A stretch of DNA of 64,000 nucleotides from Gemmatimonadota bacterium. GTDB taxonomy: Bacteria; Gemmatimonadota; Gemmatimonadetes; Gemmatimonadales; GWC2-71-9. Shown one piece after another: positions 48,506-58,280 of this stretch. Below the pieces are notes generated by a model, which was not told the DNA's origin, did not search any database, and saw only the letters and a list, made by a program, of their open reading frames with translations. Location of the stretch: contig QHTT01000066.1 of assembly GCA_003220935.1 (NCBI GenBank), positions 90,990 to 154,989 on the forward strand. Direction: 5' to 3'. Numbering within the stretch: position 1 is the stretch's first letter; every line of letters starts with the position of its first letter. Made by a program: the position numbers and the translations under genes.

Positions 48506-49489
48506 CTATAGCGCGCGGGTCTCCCCATGCGCCAGCACCCAGAACTGCTCCGGCGCGAGGCCCGCCCCCTGCCACGCCGCGCGGGCCCGGACGGGCGGCT
48601 CGTCCATGGCCTCATCGGTGAGCTTGAACGTGCCCCAGTGCATGGGAATCATGACCGTCCCGTGGGTTCCGCCCCCCAAGTCGCGGAACGCCCGCACGGC
48701 CTCCTCGGGGTTCATGTGTACCGGCTGCATGAACCAACGGGGCTCGTACCCGCCGATCGGCAGCAGCGCCACGTCGAACGGCCCGTAGCGCGCCGCGATG
48801 CGCCCGAACTCGGGGTGGTACCCCGTGTCGCCCGCGAAGAACACACGGTGGGCGTCGGTCCGCACCGACCAGCCGCACCACAGCGTAGCGCCGCGGTCGC
48901 GCAGGCCGCGCGAGCTGAAGTGCTGGGCCGGCGTGCAGGCGACCGATGCCGCGGCGAGGGGCGTCTCCTGCCACCAGTCGTGCTCCCGGACGTCCCCTGC
49001 CCCGCGCGCCCGCACGAAGCGCGCGAGGCCGAGCGGCACCAGCCATGTGGCGCGCGGCTCCCGCGCGGCGAGCCGGCGCACGGTGCGGTCGTCCAGATGG
49101 TCGTAGTGGTTGTGCGACAGCAGCACGAGGTCGATCGGCGGCAGCGTGGCGAAGTCGATCCCGGGCGCCACCCAGCGGCTGGGGCCGGCGAAGCGCACCG
49201 GCGACGCGCGGCTGCTCCACATCGGATCAGTGAGCACGTTGAGCCCGCCCACCTGCAGCAGAAAGCTCGAATGTCCGACCCATGTCACGAGCAGCCGATC
49301 GGGTGTCGCGCGGGGAACGGCAAACTTCGGCTCGAGTCGGAGGAACGCCGAGTGCGGGGGATCCGCGGGCCGCGGCCGAGTGGTGCGGTGCACCAACACC
49401 CACTTGAGGAAGCGGCCGAAGGCGGGGGCGCCCGCGTTGGCCCACGGGTTGCGGAAGCCGCCGCCGGGGCGGTGATGCGGAGGGGTCAC
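48506..49489 (-). CDS. MBL-fold metallo-hydrolase (NAPE-PLD-like)
   Basis: 327 aa. GGGFRNPW at the N-terminus and LLSHNHYDHLD. GTG start. Confidence 0.85.
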   Translation of the reverse strand: MTPPHHRPGGGFRNPWANAGAPAFGRFLKWVLVHRTTRPRPADPPHSAFLRLEPKFAVPRATPDRLLVTWVGHSSFLLQVGGLNVLTDPMWSSRASPVRFAGPSRWVAPGIDFATLPPIDLVLLSHNHYDHLDDRTVRRLAAREPRATWLVPLGLARFVRARGAGDVREHDWWQETPLAAASVACTPAQHFSSRGLRDRGATLWCGWSVRTDAHRVFFAGDTGYHPEFGRIAARYGPFDVALLPIGGYEPRWFMQPVHMNPEEAVRAFRDLGGGTHGTVMIPMHWGTFKLTDEAMDEPPVRARAAWQGAGLAPEQFWVLAHGETRAL

Positions 49490-49505
49490 GGGCCGCGAAA
49501 CCTAA

Positions 49506-49541
49506 AGCGGGGAGCGCGATAATGCCACCGCGCCCCTCGCT
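49506..49541 (-). terminator. Hairpin terminator after the Big_2 lipoprotein gene
   Basis: 13-bp stem (one mismatch, one G-U) AGCGGGGAGCGCG/CGCGCCCCTCGCT with a 10-nt loop. On the minus strand it is followed by TTAGGTTT. Confidence 0.45.
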
Positions 49542-49563
49542 TGGCCTATTGCCGCCGCCGTGA

Positions 49564-51003
49564 TCAGTGCACCGTGATCGAAGTTTGGCCGGTCTTGCCC
49601 TCGCTCGTCGCGCGCAGCAACGCGCTCCCAACCTTCCGGCACCGGACAATCGAGTAGGGACCGAACGCCCCCTCGATGACGAAGACCGCGGTGTCGGTGC
49701 TGAACCACGAGACGGGCCGGTTGGTGAGCACGGTCCCGGCGCTGTCGCGCAGCTCCGCCCGGAAGCCGAGGCTATCGCCCACGGCGGCGGTCACGCTTCC
49801 GGGCACTACGGTGACGGACGCTACGGGCGCCGGCGAGCCGACCACTTGCACCGTGAGCGTGTCGCTCAGGCCACCGCTCGTCGCCGTGATGGTCGCCAGG
49901 CCCGGTTGACGGCCAGCCACAGACGCAGTGTCACCCACGCCGGTCACGTCGGCGATCGACGGGGCACTGCTCGTCCAGGTGACGGACGGATTCGGAACAA
50001 GGTTGCCGTTCGCGTCGCCGACGGCGGCATACAGAGTGATCGTCCCCCCGACGCCGACCGACGAGGGGCCGGAGACGTGCACGTATGCACCGCCGGTGCT
50101 ACCGCCCGCCGCTGGGAGTGAAACGGAGAGCCTCGTGGTGGCGCCCGCCGAGACCTGCACGTTCGGGGTTACGACCGCACCGAGGGACGGGTAGTCGGGC
50201 TGCTCGATTCGGACGATGTAGGTCGCGGCGCTCACGAAGGCGACCTTGTAATAGCCCGTGTCGTCGCTCCGGCCGGTGGCCGCAGCGTACCACGTGGACG
50301 GCGGCTGGCGCGGATCGCCCGAGTACAGCGTGACGTTCGCATTCTTGATGGGTCGGCTCTGTCCGCCGGAGTCGGCAGTCACCGTGCCCTCGAGCGCCCC
50401 GGTCGCGGCCGAGTTCACCGCGCGCAGCCAAGGCAGCACGGTGAATTCCTTGGTGCCGAAATAGTCGTACAGAAAGCTCCGCCCCACGTCGAAGTCGATC
50501 ACGATCACTGCCTCCCCGCTCGCCGCAATCGCTGGCGCCGAGAAGTCGAGCGGCTCTTCGACCAGGGCGTACATCGTGATGGCTCCGCTCCCCGGCCACG
50601 GCCAGTGCACCGGCGGTGGCGCACCGTTGTTGTAGACGATCGAAGATTTGTCAGCGTCGATCACCATGCGGATCGCCCGGTATTGTCGGGCGTCGAGCTC
50701 GCCTTCGCCGAGGAAGGCGGTGGTCCCGTGCTGCAGCGTCAGCAAGTCGAACGTTTTCTCGGGAGAGGCGACCCGAACCCAGTCGCCGCCTCCGCTCGTG
50801 TCGAGCCCGCTGCTGGCGTCGATGCTGACCACGTAGACGTTGACACTCGCGACCGAGTCGTACGGGAACGGCGCGTCCGTTAGCAGCACCCGAGCGAGTG
50901 GCTTGCGGCTCGGCGCGGGAGTCGTAGTCTCGTCTTGGTAGCACCCGCCCCCGGCTAGCAGGGTGGCGGCGGCGAGGGCGGGCAGGATGACACGTCTCGA
51001 CAT
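49564..51003 (-). CDS. Lipoprotein with DUF4382-like, carboxypeptidase-regulatory-like and two Big_2 (Ig-like) domains
   Basis: 479 aa from ATG 51003 with GGAGAAGGAG SD and lipobox LLAGGGC. The C-terminus has two Ig-like repeats (TLYAAVGDANGN...TWTSS..., VTAAVGDSLGFRAELRDSAG...SWFS...). Confidence 0.75.
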   Translation of the reverse strand: MSRRVILPALAAATLLAGGGCYQDETTTPAPSRKPLARVLLTDAPFPYDSVASVNVYVVSIDASSGLDTSGGGDWVRVASPEKTFDLLTLQHGTTAFLGEGELDARQYRAIRMVIDADKSSIVYNNGAPPPVHWPWPGSGAITMYALVEEPLDFSAPAIAASGEAVIVIDFDVGRSFLYDYFGTKEFTVLPWLRAVNSAATGALEGTVTADSGGQSRPIKNANVTLYSGDPRQPPSTWYAAATGRSDDTGYYKVAFVSAATYIVRIEQPDYPSLGAVVTPNVQVSAGATTRLSVSLPAAGGSTGGAYVHVSGPSSVGVGGTITLYAAVGDANGNLVPNPSVTWTSSAPSIADVTGVGDTASVAGRQPGLATITATSGGLSDTLTVQVVGSPAPVASVTVVPGSVTAAVGDSLGFRAELRDSAGTVLTNRPVSWFSTDTAVFVIEGAFGPYSIVRCRKVGSALLRATSEGKTGQTSITVH

Positions 51004-51136
51004 CGTTGGCTCCTTCTCCGGGCATGCGGGACCGCGACGGCTCTGCGAGAGATACCCCAGCTCCCACTGCGAAGTCACAACACCGCCCGATGCGGGGTAC
51101 TGTGACGCAGGGGGTTGTCCCTTGGGTATAGATAAG

Positions 51137-51679
51137 GTGGGGGCGAGCGACGGAGACTTGGTGCGCCGAGTCCTGGCTGGCGACACCGGTGCCTACGCCG
51201 CGCTGGTCGCGCGGTACCGCGACCGCCTGGGTCGGTACGCCGTGCACATGCTCGGGGACCGGCAGGATGCGGAGGAGGCGCTACAAGACGCGTTCGTCCG
51301 GGCATACCGCTCGCTGGCGCGCTGCGACGATCCCGAGCGGTTCGGTGCGTGGCTTTACGGCATCCTGGTGAATCGGTGCCGCACGACCGGCGGGCGCGCG
51401 GCGCGGCGCGCGCGGCTGTTCGTGCGCAACGACGCGGCGCTCAGCGGTGTTGCCCTCCCGAGTCCGGCCGAGCGCGCCGAATGGGACGACACCGTCCGGC
51501 GGGCGCTCGCGCGGCTCGCGCCCGAATACCGGGAGGCGTTTCTCCTCAAGCACGTGGAGGAGTTGGAGTACGAAGAGATGGCGCAGCTCACCGGCGCCGG
51601 TATCTCGGCGTTGAAGATGCGGGTGAAACGCGCCCGCGAGCAGCTGCAGGTCATTTTCCGAGAGGCAGAACGTGTTTGA
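51137..51679 (+). CDS. ECF-type RNA polymerase sigma-70 family factor
   Basis: About 180 aa. Region 2 is DAEEALQDAFVRAY. Region 4 is EYREAFLLKHVEELEYEEMAQLTGAGISALKMRVKRAREQL. The GTG 51137 start is uncertain; TTG/GTG near 51158 are alternatives. Confidence 0.85.
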   Translation: MGASDGDLVRRVLAGDTGAYAALVARYRDRLGRYAVHMLGDRQDAEEALQDAFVRAYRSLARCDDPERFGAWLYGILVNRCRTTGGRAARRARLFVRNDAALSGVALPSPAERAEWDDTVRRALARLAPEYREAFLLKHVEELEYEEMAQLTGAGISALKMRVKRAREQLQVIFREAERV

Positions 51680-52226
51680 ACAACCGGAAGACGCGGTCGA
51701 GCGCATCGTCCGTCAGCTGCAGCGGCCCGTGCCAATCGATCCGGCGGTCGACGGCCGTGTGATGGACGAGATCGCGCGCCTCCCCGTGCCGGGGGGACGC
51801 AGCGCGGCCCGAGTCGCCTGGGGCTGGGTCACCCGGCCGCGCCACATTGCGCTCTCGCCGCTCGGCGGGCTGGCGATCGCAACGGGGGTCGCCGCGCTCG
51901 CGCTGGTGCTATCGGGCCGGCGCCCCGGGTCAGCGCCGCCCGCGGAGGACACGCCACGCGAGTTTGAGTTCGTCGTCGTCGCCCCCCGCGCGGCAAGCGT
52001 GTCGCTCGTGGGCGACTTCAACGACTGGGACGCCGCCCGCACCCCGATGCGACCTTCACAACGCGGCGGCCCGCTGTGGACCGCGGTCGTTCCGCTCGCT
52101 CCAGGGCGCTACCGTTACGCCTTCCTCGTGGACGGCTCCCGCTGGCTCGCCGATCCCGCGGCTCCACGCGCGCGCGATGACGAGTTCGGGACACCGAGCT
52201 CGGTCGTGACCGTGGGGGGCTCGTGA
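51672..52226 (+). CDS. Single-pass membrane protein (putative anti-sigma) with extracytoplasmic AMPK-CBM/E-set (CBM48-like) domain
   Basis: 184 aa, overlapping the sigma gene by 8 nt. One TM (LGGLAIATGVAALALVL). The C-terminal VSLVGDFNDW...PGRYRYAFLVDGSRW matches the glycogen-binding-domain pattern. No HxxxCxxC ZAS motif. Confidence 0.7.
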   Translation: MFEQPEDAVERIVRQLQRPVPIDPAVDGRVMDEIARLPVPGGRSAARVAWGWVTRPRHIALSPLGGLAIATGVAALALVLSGRRPGSAPPAEDTPREFEFVVVAPRAASVSLVGDFNDWDAARTPMRPSQRGGPLWTAVVPLAPGRYRYAFLVDGSRWLADPAAPRARDDEFGTPSSVVTVGGS

Positions 52227-52864
52227 CGCTGCGATCGCTGCTCCGCGCCGCGGTCGCCACCGCACTCGCCGCGGCGTTCGTGGCCACGGCGGCGGCTGCG
52301 CAGGATCCGCGGCTCGGACGCCTCGACCCGGGCACGCGCCCGCTGGTCGCGGTCGCGATCGACTCGGCGCGCGCCGCGGGCCTTCCCACGGAGCCGCTGG
52401 TGCAGCGTGCACTCGAAGGCGCGACGAAAGGCGCGCCGGGCCCGCTCATCGTGAGCGCGGTGCAGCGCCTCGCCGCCGATCTTGGCCGGGCCCGCGAGGC
52501 CCTCGGACCAGGGACCACGCCGCCCGAGCTCGAGGCAGGGGCCGCGGCGCTCCGCGCCGGCGCCGGCCCGGCGGTGCTGACGCAGCTGCGCCGGGCGCGC
52601 CGTCAGACCATCGCGGTTCCGCTCGCTGTGCTCACTGACCTCGTGGCCAGCGGCGTCCCCGTAGACAGCGCCGCGGCCGCCGTGCTCGCCCTCGCGGCAC
52701 GAGCCAGAGACGCGGACCTCGTCGAGTTCCGGCGCGCCGTCGAGCGCGACATCGCGCTCGGCGCACCGCCCACGGCCGCCACCGCGGCCGCTGCGGCGGC
52801 CGCGGATGCCAGGATCTCGCAGCTGAATGCGGGGGCCCGCGAGAATCGCCCCGGCCGCCCCTAG
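52223..52864 (+). CDS. Secreted Ala-rich hypothetical protein
   Basis: 213 aa with signal peptide MTLRSLLRAAVATALAAAFVATAAAAQ. ATGA overlap with the upstream gene. Confidence 0.6.
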   Translation: MTLRSLLRAAVATALAAAFVATAAAAQDPRLGRLDPGTRPLVAVAIDSARAAGLPTEPLVQRALEGATKGAPGPLIVSAVQRLAADLGRAREALGPGTTPPELEAGAAALRAGAGPAVLTQLRRARRQTIAVPLAVLTDLVASGVPVDSAAAAVLALAARARDADLVEFRRAVERDIALGAPPTAATAAAAAAADARISQLNAGARENRPGRP

Positions 52865-54020
52865 CACCGCGCGTCCGGCGACGAGCACGCGACGTGCCTG
52901 GGCCGCGTCCGTCACGGCGGCGTGGTCGCTCCTGAGCGTGCGCACAGCAGTTGCCCAGATGACCGGGACCGTCGACCTCGGCGTCTCCACCGTCCACTAC
53001 GATGGTTTCCTCCCCTCCGGCGCCGCCGCCGTCACCCCCGTCCTGCGCTGGGACCGGCCCGCCGGGATGCTCACCGCCAGCGGCACGTATCTCCGGTTCG
53101 AGAGCGGCCACCGCAGCCTGCAGGGCCTCCTGGCGGGCTCATTCTTGACGCCTCCCGCCGCGCATGCGTGGCGCGGCGAGTTCGCTGCGTCGGCGGGCGC
53201 AAGCCGCTACCTCGATTTCGCGAGCTTCTGGCACGTCGTTGCCGAGGCCCGGCTGCATAGGCTGGGAGCGGAGCGCGGCCTGTGGGTCGGCGGGACCGCA
53301 GGAACGACGTCGTACGGCACCGCGCCTCGCCCCGTGATCGCGGCGGACGTCGGGGTCTGGGCCCGGCGGTCCGAGGTCACGCTGAGACTCGCAGTAAACC
53401 ACGCACAGGTCGGCGACACGACCTACACCGATCTCGAATCCTCAGCCCATGCCGGGCGTGGTCCGGTCGCGCTCGAAGCGAAGCTCGGCGCGCGCGTCTG
53501 GAGCCGCGGCGGTGGCCGCGGCGTGTACGGGGAAGGAAGCGCCACCATCTGGGTCGGAGGGCGAACGGCGTTCGTGATCTCAGGCGGCCGCTACGCGACC
53601 GATCCGATCAGCGGCAGCATCACCGGCCGCTATCTCTCCGCCGCGCTGCGCGTCCGCACCGCCGCGCCGCGCCGCGCGTTCCCGCGCGATCCCGCGGTGC
53701 TACACGCCCGCGGTGCGGATGGAGCAACCGTCCTGCGGGCGGCCCGGCTCGAGGTGCACGCCGACCGCAATCGGGCGGTGCGGCTCGTCGTGCGGGTCGC
53801 CAGCGCTGCGCTCGTCGAGATCGCCGGAGACTTCACCGATTGGCAGCCTGTCGCCCTGGGCAGCGCCAGCCCCGACACGTGGGAGGTCACGCTGCCGGTG
53901 CCGAGCGGCGTGCATCGGCTCGACGTGCGTATCGACGGTGGCGCGTGGATCGTACCGGCCGGCACGACGCGAGCACCCGATGACTACGGCGGCGACGTTG
54001 GGATCTTCGTAGTGCCATAG
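52827..54020 (+). CDS. Secreted beta-rich protein with a second C-terminal AMPK-CBM/E-set (CBM48-like) domain
   Basis: 397 aa. The N-terminal two thirds have an alternating beta-strand-like pattern. The C-terminal VEIAGDFTDWQPV...SGVHRLDVRIDGGAW is paralogous to the domain in 51672..52226. Confidence 0.6.
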   Translation: MRGPARIAPAAPSTARPATSTRRAWAASVTAAWSLLSVRTAVAQMTGTVDLGVSTVHYDGFLPSGAAAVTPVLRWDRPAGMLTASGTYLRFESGHRSLQGLLAGSFLTPPAAHAWRGEFAASAGASRYLDFASFWHVVAEARLHRLGAERGLWVGGTAGTTSYGTAPRPVIAADVGVWARRSEVTLRLAVNHAQVGDTTYTDLESSAHAGRGPVALEAKLGARVWSRGGGRGVYGEGSATIWVGGRTAFVISGGRYATDPISGSITGRYLSAALRVRTAAPRRAFPRDPAVLHARGADGATVLRAARLEVHADRNRAVRLVVRVASAALVEIAGDFTDWQPVALGSASPDTWEVTLPVPSGVHRLDVRIDGGAWIVPAGTTRAPDDYGGDVGIFVVP

Positions 54021-55258
54021 GGCCGCTCTCCTGCCCCCTCTGCCTTGACCGCCTGGAGCCGCCGAATCGAGGCGATACCCAAGCCGGGGCCGATCGCCAG
54101 CGCAGCGAACGCCCACCGCCAGCCGACGAGGGCGACGAGCGGCGGAACGAGCTGAATGCTCGCCATCGTGAGCAGAAATCCCAACGACGTCTGCAGAGTC
54201 AGCGCAGTCCCCACCGCGTGCGGCGGCACCGATCTCGTGACCATCGTGCTGAACTGCGCCGAATCGGCGATGACGAAGAACCCCCACACCCATGCGACGG
54301 CGACCATGACCCAGACGCTCGATGCAAAGAAACCGCCGATGACTGCGGCGCAGCTGCCGCTCACCGCCATGGCCCGGATCACGAGCCGCTCGTGCCCGAT
54401 CCGATCCGCAACCCAGCCGCCCCACACGCACCCCAAGCCGCCGACGGCGATGGCTCCAAACGCCAGCAGACCGAGCACCGCCGCGGAGGGCACGGCGCCA
54501 CCCGCGCGGGCGCGCGCGGCCGCGCTCGCCACGACAAAAGCCGTGATCCACGTCCAGAAACTGTACAGCTCCCACATGTGCCCCAGATAACCACCCGTCG
54601 CCAGGCGCCACCGTCGCTCCCCCAGCACGGTCCCGGCGAGACGCCATGAGAACGGCCGTCTCGCGAACGCGAACGGCCCGTCGCGGTATCCCGCGGCCAC
54701 GAGCAGGGCGGCCACCAGCGCGCCCCCCGATACGACGACCACGACCGGGGCGACGCGCGAGCCGGCGAGCGCGTGCGCCAGATACGGCACCGCCTTGCCG
54801 ACCGTGAGCGCCCCGACCACGGTCCCGATCGCCAGGCCCCGATCCGAAGAGAACCACGTCGCGATCATCTTCATGGCAGGCGGGTACACCCCCGCGAGGC
54901 AGAACCCGGTGAAGAAGCGAGAGACGAGGGCGAGCGGATAGGTCGGCGCCGCGAGTAGGGCGGCGTTGACCACCGCGCCGAGTGTCGCCGACCCCGCGAA
55001 ATACCAGCGTGACGGGATCACGTCGGCGAGGTTCAGGACGGCAGCGGTCGCGGTTCCAGCGACGAATCCAGCTTGCACCGCGGCCGTCAGCCAGCCCGTC
55101 TGGCTCGCTGTCAGACCCCACTGGCGCTGGAGCTCGGGTGCAACGGCACTGGCGGCGAACCACAGGCACATCCCGAGCAACTCGGCCGCTGCGAGCAGGA
55201 GCAGCATCGGCCAGCGATGAGGATGGGCGTCGAGCGCGGTGGCGCCCGTGAGCGTCAT
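53984..55258 (-). CDS. MFS transporter
   Basis: 424 aa with about 12 predicted TM helices. It overlaps the convergent upstream gene by 37 nt. Confidence 0.85.
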   Translation of the reverse strand: MTLTGATALDAHPHRWPMLLLLAAAELLGMCLWFAASAVAPELQRQWGLTASQTGWLTAAVQAGFVAGTATAAVLNLADVIPSRWYFAGSATLGAVVNAALLAAPTYPLALVSRFFTGFCLAGVYPPAMKMIATWFSSDRGLAIGTVVGALTVGKAVPYLAHALAGSRVAPVVVVVSGGALVAALLVAAGYRDGPFAFARRPFSWRLAGTVLGERRWRLATGGYLGHMWELYSFWTWITAFVVASAAARARAGGAVPSAAVLGLLAFGAIAVGGLGCVWGGWVADRIGHERLVIRAMAVSGSCAAVIGGFFASSVWVMVAVAWVWGFFVIADSAQFSTMVTRSVPPHAVGTALTLQTSLGFLLTMASIQLVPPLVALVGWRWAFAALAIGPGLGIASIRRLQAVKAEGAGERPYGTTKIPTSPP

Positions 55259-55277
55259 GGAGCGTCGTTCGACGTCG

Positions 55278-56030
55278 TCACAGACCGGTAGGATGGTCGA
55301 GGAACGTCCAGGGCAGGCCGAACTTGACGCACAGGTGCTCCGCGAGCGCTTTGACGCCGACGGTCTCCGTCGCGTAATGGCCGGCGTAGAAGACGTTCAC
55401 CCCTAACTCCTCGGCGTCAAAGAAGGTGTGGTGCGCTCCTTCGCCGGTGATGTAGGTGTCGAGCCCCGCCGCCCGGGCCTGGCCGATCATCGAGCCTGCT
55501 CCCCCGGTGACAATGCCCACCCGCCGCACCCGCTCGGGGCCGAACGGCATGACCCGCGGCGGGGCGCCGAGCGCCGCGGCGAGCTTCTGCTGCAGCGCGC
55601 CGCGCGGAGCATCGAGCTCCCCCCACACGCCGATCTGCACGCCGTACTCCTCGCCGAAGCCACCGCGCACCGTGACGCCGAGCTGCCGGGCGAGCACCGC
55701 GTTGTTCCCGACGTCCGGATGTAGATCCAGGGGGAGATGCGCACTGTAGAGCGCGATGTTCTTTTGCAAGAGTCCGGCCACGCGGCGGTACGCAGGGCCG
55801 GTGAGCGGCTTGAGCCCGCCCCAAAACAGCCCGTGATGCACGAGCAGCAGGTCAGCCCCCTGCTCAGCCGCCATCCGCACCGTCGCTTCACACAGGTCGA
55901 CGGCCGCCGCGATGCGCGCGACGTCGCCCGAGTTCGCGACTTGCAGCCCATTGAGCGCGTGGGGCGCGTCGGGCACGTCACGAACGCGCAGGTAGGCGTC
56001 GAGGTAGGTGACCAAATCGGCAAGCTGCAT
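55278..56030 (-). CDS. Nif3-like dinuclear metal centre protein (GTP cyclohydrolase 1 type 2 homologue)
   Basis: 250 aa with motifs NGLQV, LLLVHHGLFW, YSAHLPLD and AGHYATE. Confidence 0.9.
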   Translation of the reverse strand: MQLADLVTYLDAYLRVRDVPDAPHALNGLQVANSGDVARIAAAVDLCEATVRMAAEQGADLLLVHHGLFWGGLKPLTGPAYRRVAGLLQKNIALYSAHLPLDLHPDVGNNAVLARQLGVTVRGGFGEEYGVQIGVWGELDAPRGALQQKLAAALGAPPRVMPFGPERVRRVGIVTGGAGSMIGQARAAGLDTYITGEGAHHTFFDAEELGVNVFYAGHYATETVGVKALAEHLCVKFGLPWTFLDHPTGL

Positions 56031-56143
56031 CAGCCCGTGCGACGGTGACAGTATGATGACATTAGCGCGCCAGCCTAGAGACAGTGACGTGAGATTCCCA
56101 CATGGGGAAAGCTGTAAGCCGCTATGCAGTAGCGAGATAAATA

Positions 56144-56174
56144 ATCCACACGCGGGAAACGCCCGCGTGTGGAT
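56144..56174 (-). terminator. Strong intrinsic terminator of the parA-parB-M23-bactofilin operon
   Basis: Perfect 13-bp stem ATCCACACGCGGG / CCCGCGTGTGGAT with a 5-nt loop, 13 nt after the bactofilin stop. On the minus strand it is followed by ATTATTTATCTC. Confidence 0.75.
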
Positions 56175-56186
56175 ATCTAGAACGGA

Positions 56187-56597
56187 TCAGTAGGTGCGTT
56201 GCGACCCTGCCTTTTCGACGGTTTCGGGCTCAAGCGTGGTCTCGCCCATCCGCACTACGCCGTTGATCTCACCGCCCTCTTGCACGAGGAGTCGCTTGGC
56301 CGCGATGTCCCCGTGCACCACACACGACGCTTGGATCTCGACGCGCTCGTCGGCGCGGATGCTGCCGCGCACCTCCCCGCCGATGATGGCTTCGCGGGAA
56401 ATCACATCGCCCTCCACTTCCCCGCCCTTGCCCACCAGCACCTGGCGCCCGGCGCGCACCGTGCCGACGACGGTCCCTTCGATCTTCACCACCCCCTCAG
56501 CGGTGATGTCGCCGACGACCCGCATGCCGGTCCCGATGATCGAGAGACCGGTTTCGGTTACCGGGGCGCCGTGTCCCTTCTCGGTGAAGATGGCCAT
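56187..56597 (-). CDS. Bactofilin (polymer-forming cytoskeletal protein, DUF583)
   Basis: 136 aa. Characteristic beta-helix repeats (G.V.G.V....V...G.V.G.V) run throughout. AGGAG SD. Confidence 0.9.
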   Translation of the reverse strand: MAIFTEKGHGAPVTETGLSIIGTGMRVVGDITAEGVVKIEGTVVGTVRAGRQVLVGKGGEVEGDVISREAIIGGEVRGSIRADERVEIQASCVVHGDIAAKRLLVQEGGEINGVVRMGETTLEPETVEKAGSQRTY

Positions 56598-56598
56598 G

Positions 56599-57387
56599 TC
56601 AGTTCTCCTGTCTCACGACCGTAAGGGGATCGAGCGACTTCCCCGCGCGGCGGATTTCGAAATGCAGGTGCGGCGCGGTGGATCGGCCTGAGCTGCCGGA
56701 AAGCGCGATTACCTGCCCCGCTGCGACCGAGTCGCCTTCGCGCGCGACCAAGCGCGATGCGTGTCCATACATGGTCTCATACCCGTCGGTGTGCCGCAAG
56801 AGCACGAACAGCCCGTACGCGGGGTCCGTGCCGGCCTGCGCTACGACGCCGCCGCCGGCGGCGCGCACCGGCGTTCCCGCCGGCACAGCGATGTCGATCC
56901 CGGGGTGGGACTCCGCGGGATCGCCCGGGCGCACTTGTCCACGCGTGACGAAACCACTCATGTCGAGCGGCCAGTGCAGCGGGGTCGCGGAGTCTGGCGC
57001 GAACCGTGGCGGCGCGCCGGGGGCTCGCGCCTGCACGGCTCCCGCGCGCAACAAGTCAGCGGTCACGACGACCTTTTCGGGCGGCGCCTTCACGCCCAGC
57101 AGCTGGCGCAGCTCCTGGTAGTTGGCCTCCGCCCGGTTCAGTGCAGCGGCCAACTGCTGCACGCGGCTGTTCTCCTCCTTGAGGCGCGCGACTTCCCGAT
57201 CGAGCAGCTGCGCGCGAATGGCGTTCCGGGTGATCGGGCCGGCGAACAAGAAGAACAGGACGACCAGGACGGCAATGCCACCCGCCGCCCACTTCCCCAT
57301 TTCGAAGGCCCACAGCGGTACGCGGTATTGGCGGGACTCGAGCTCGCCGTCAGTGTGGACGACGATGGTGACGCTCTTGTCCCTCAT
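56599..57387 (-). CDS. Membrane-anchored M23-family (LytM-type) metallopeptidase with coiled-coil
   Basis: 262 aa with one TM and a coiled-coil. Motifs are HPGIDIA, GYETMYGHAS and STAPHLHFEI. Confidence 0.9.
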   Translation of the reverse strand: MRDKSVTIVVHTDGELESRQYRVPLWAFEMGKWAAGGIAVLVVLFFLFAGPITRNAIRAQLLDREVARLKEENSRVQQLAAALNRAEANYQELRQLLGVKAPPEKVVVTADLLRAGAVQARAPGAPPRFAPDSATPLHWPLDMSGFVTRGQVRPGDPAESHPGIDIAVPAGTPVRAAGGGVVAQAGTDPAYGLFVLLRHTDGYETMYGHASRLVAREGDSVAAGQVIALSGSSGRSTAPHLHFEIRRAGKSLDPLTVVRQEN

Positions 57388-58280
57388 CCGTCGAACGGCG
57401 CTCCGAGGAACAGCTCGAGCAGACGCGCGAGGTCTTCGTTCGAATAGAAGTTGACGTGGATCTGCCCCTTCCCTTTCGCCCGCAAGGTCACGCGCACGTC
57501 GGTACCCAGCCGCCGGCGCAGCGCGTCCTCGATGCGGCGCACTTCCGGTGCCTGACCGAGCCCCTGCTTGAGGCGCGGCCGGCGGACCGGGGCCCGGCCG
57601 CCCCGCACCCGATCCTCGACGTCGCGCACCGAGAGCCCGAGGTCGACGGCTTCCTTGGCGACCGCGGCCACGGCGCGCGGGTCGTCGAGCGCGAGCAGCG
57701 CGCGCGCGTGCCCGACCGAGAGCCGTCCTTCGTGCAGCAGCGCCAGCACGGTCGCCGGCAGCTTGAGGAGCCGGAGTGCGTTGGCGACCGTGGAGCGATC
57801 GCGTCCTACGGCATCGGCCACGTCCTGCTGGGCGAGACTGAACTCGGCGATGAGGCGTTCGTAGCCGCGCGCTTCGTCGACCGGCGAGAGGTCGTCGCGC
57901 TGTAGGTTTTCGATCAGCGCGAGCGTCAGCACCGTGCGGTCGTCCACATCGCGCTTCACGGCCGGGATCCGCTCCCAGCCGAGCGCCTGACAGGCGCGCA
58001 GGCGCCGCTCGCCGGCGATCAGCTCGTAGCCGGCTGGCCGGTCGCGCGGCGCCGCGCGCACCACCACCGGCTGCAGCAGACCGGCTTTCAGAATCGAGGC
58101 CTTGAGCTCGTCCAGCGCTGTCGGGTCGACGTCCCGGCGCGGCTGGTAGGGATTGGGCCGAATGTCGGCGATCGCCAATTCGACGAGACTCCCTTCGCGC
58201 TCCGCTTCCTCGCGCGTCGGTCCCAGCAGGGCCTCGAGCCCCCGACCGAGACGCCGGCGACCAGCGATGGTTTCCGTCAT
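57384..58280 (-). CDS. parB: Chromosome partitioning protein ParB (Spo0J)
   Basis: 298 aa. Motifs are [15 protein letters not shown] and [12 protein letters not shown], with an HTH. ATGA overlap with parA. Confidence 0.95.
   Translation of the reverse strand: MTETIAGRRRLGRGLEALLGPTREEAEREGSLVELAIADIRPNPYQPRRDVDPTALDELKASILKAGLLQPVVVRAAPRDRPAGYELIAGERRLRACQALGWERIPAVKRDVDDRTVLTLALIENLQRDDLSPVDEARGYERLIAEFSLAQQDVADAVGRDRSTVANALRLLKLPATVLALLHEGRLSVGHARALLALDDPRAVAAVAKEAVDLGLSVRDVEDRVRGGRAPVRRPRLKQGLGQAPEVRRIEDALRRRLGTDVRVTLRAKGKGQIHVNFYSNEDLARLLELFLGAPFDG

Noticed and set aside
53229-53242. TGGCACGTCGTTGC, a sigma-54-like motif
   Set aside because: The GG-to-GC spacing is one base too short, and the motif lies in the middle of a CDS with no downstream start.
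56031-56143. A moderately AT-rich 113-bp stretch upstream of the Nif3-like gene, considered as a tRNA or sRNA locus
   Set aside because: There is no cloverleaf, no T-loop or anticodon-arm motifs, and no promoter-plus-terminator pair in a consistent orientation. It is most simply the Nif3 promoter and 5' UTR next to the bactofilin-operon terminator.
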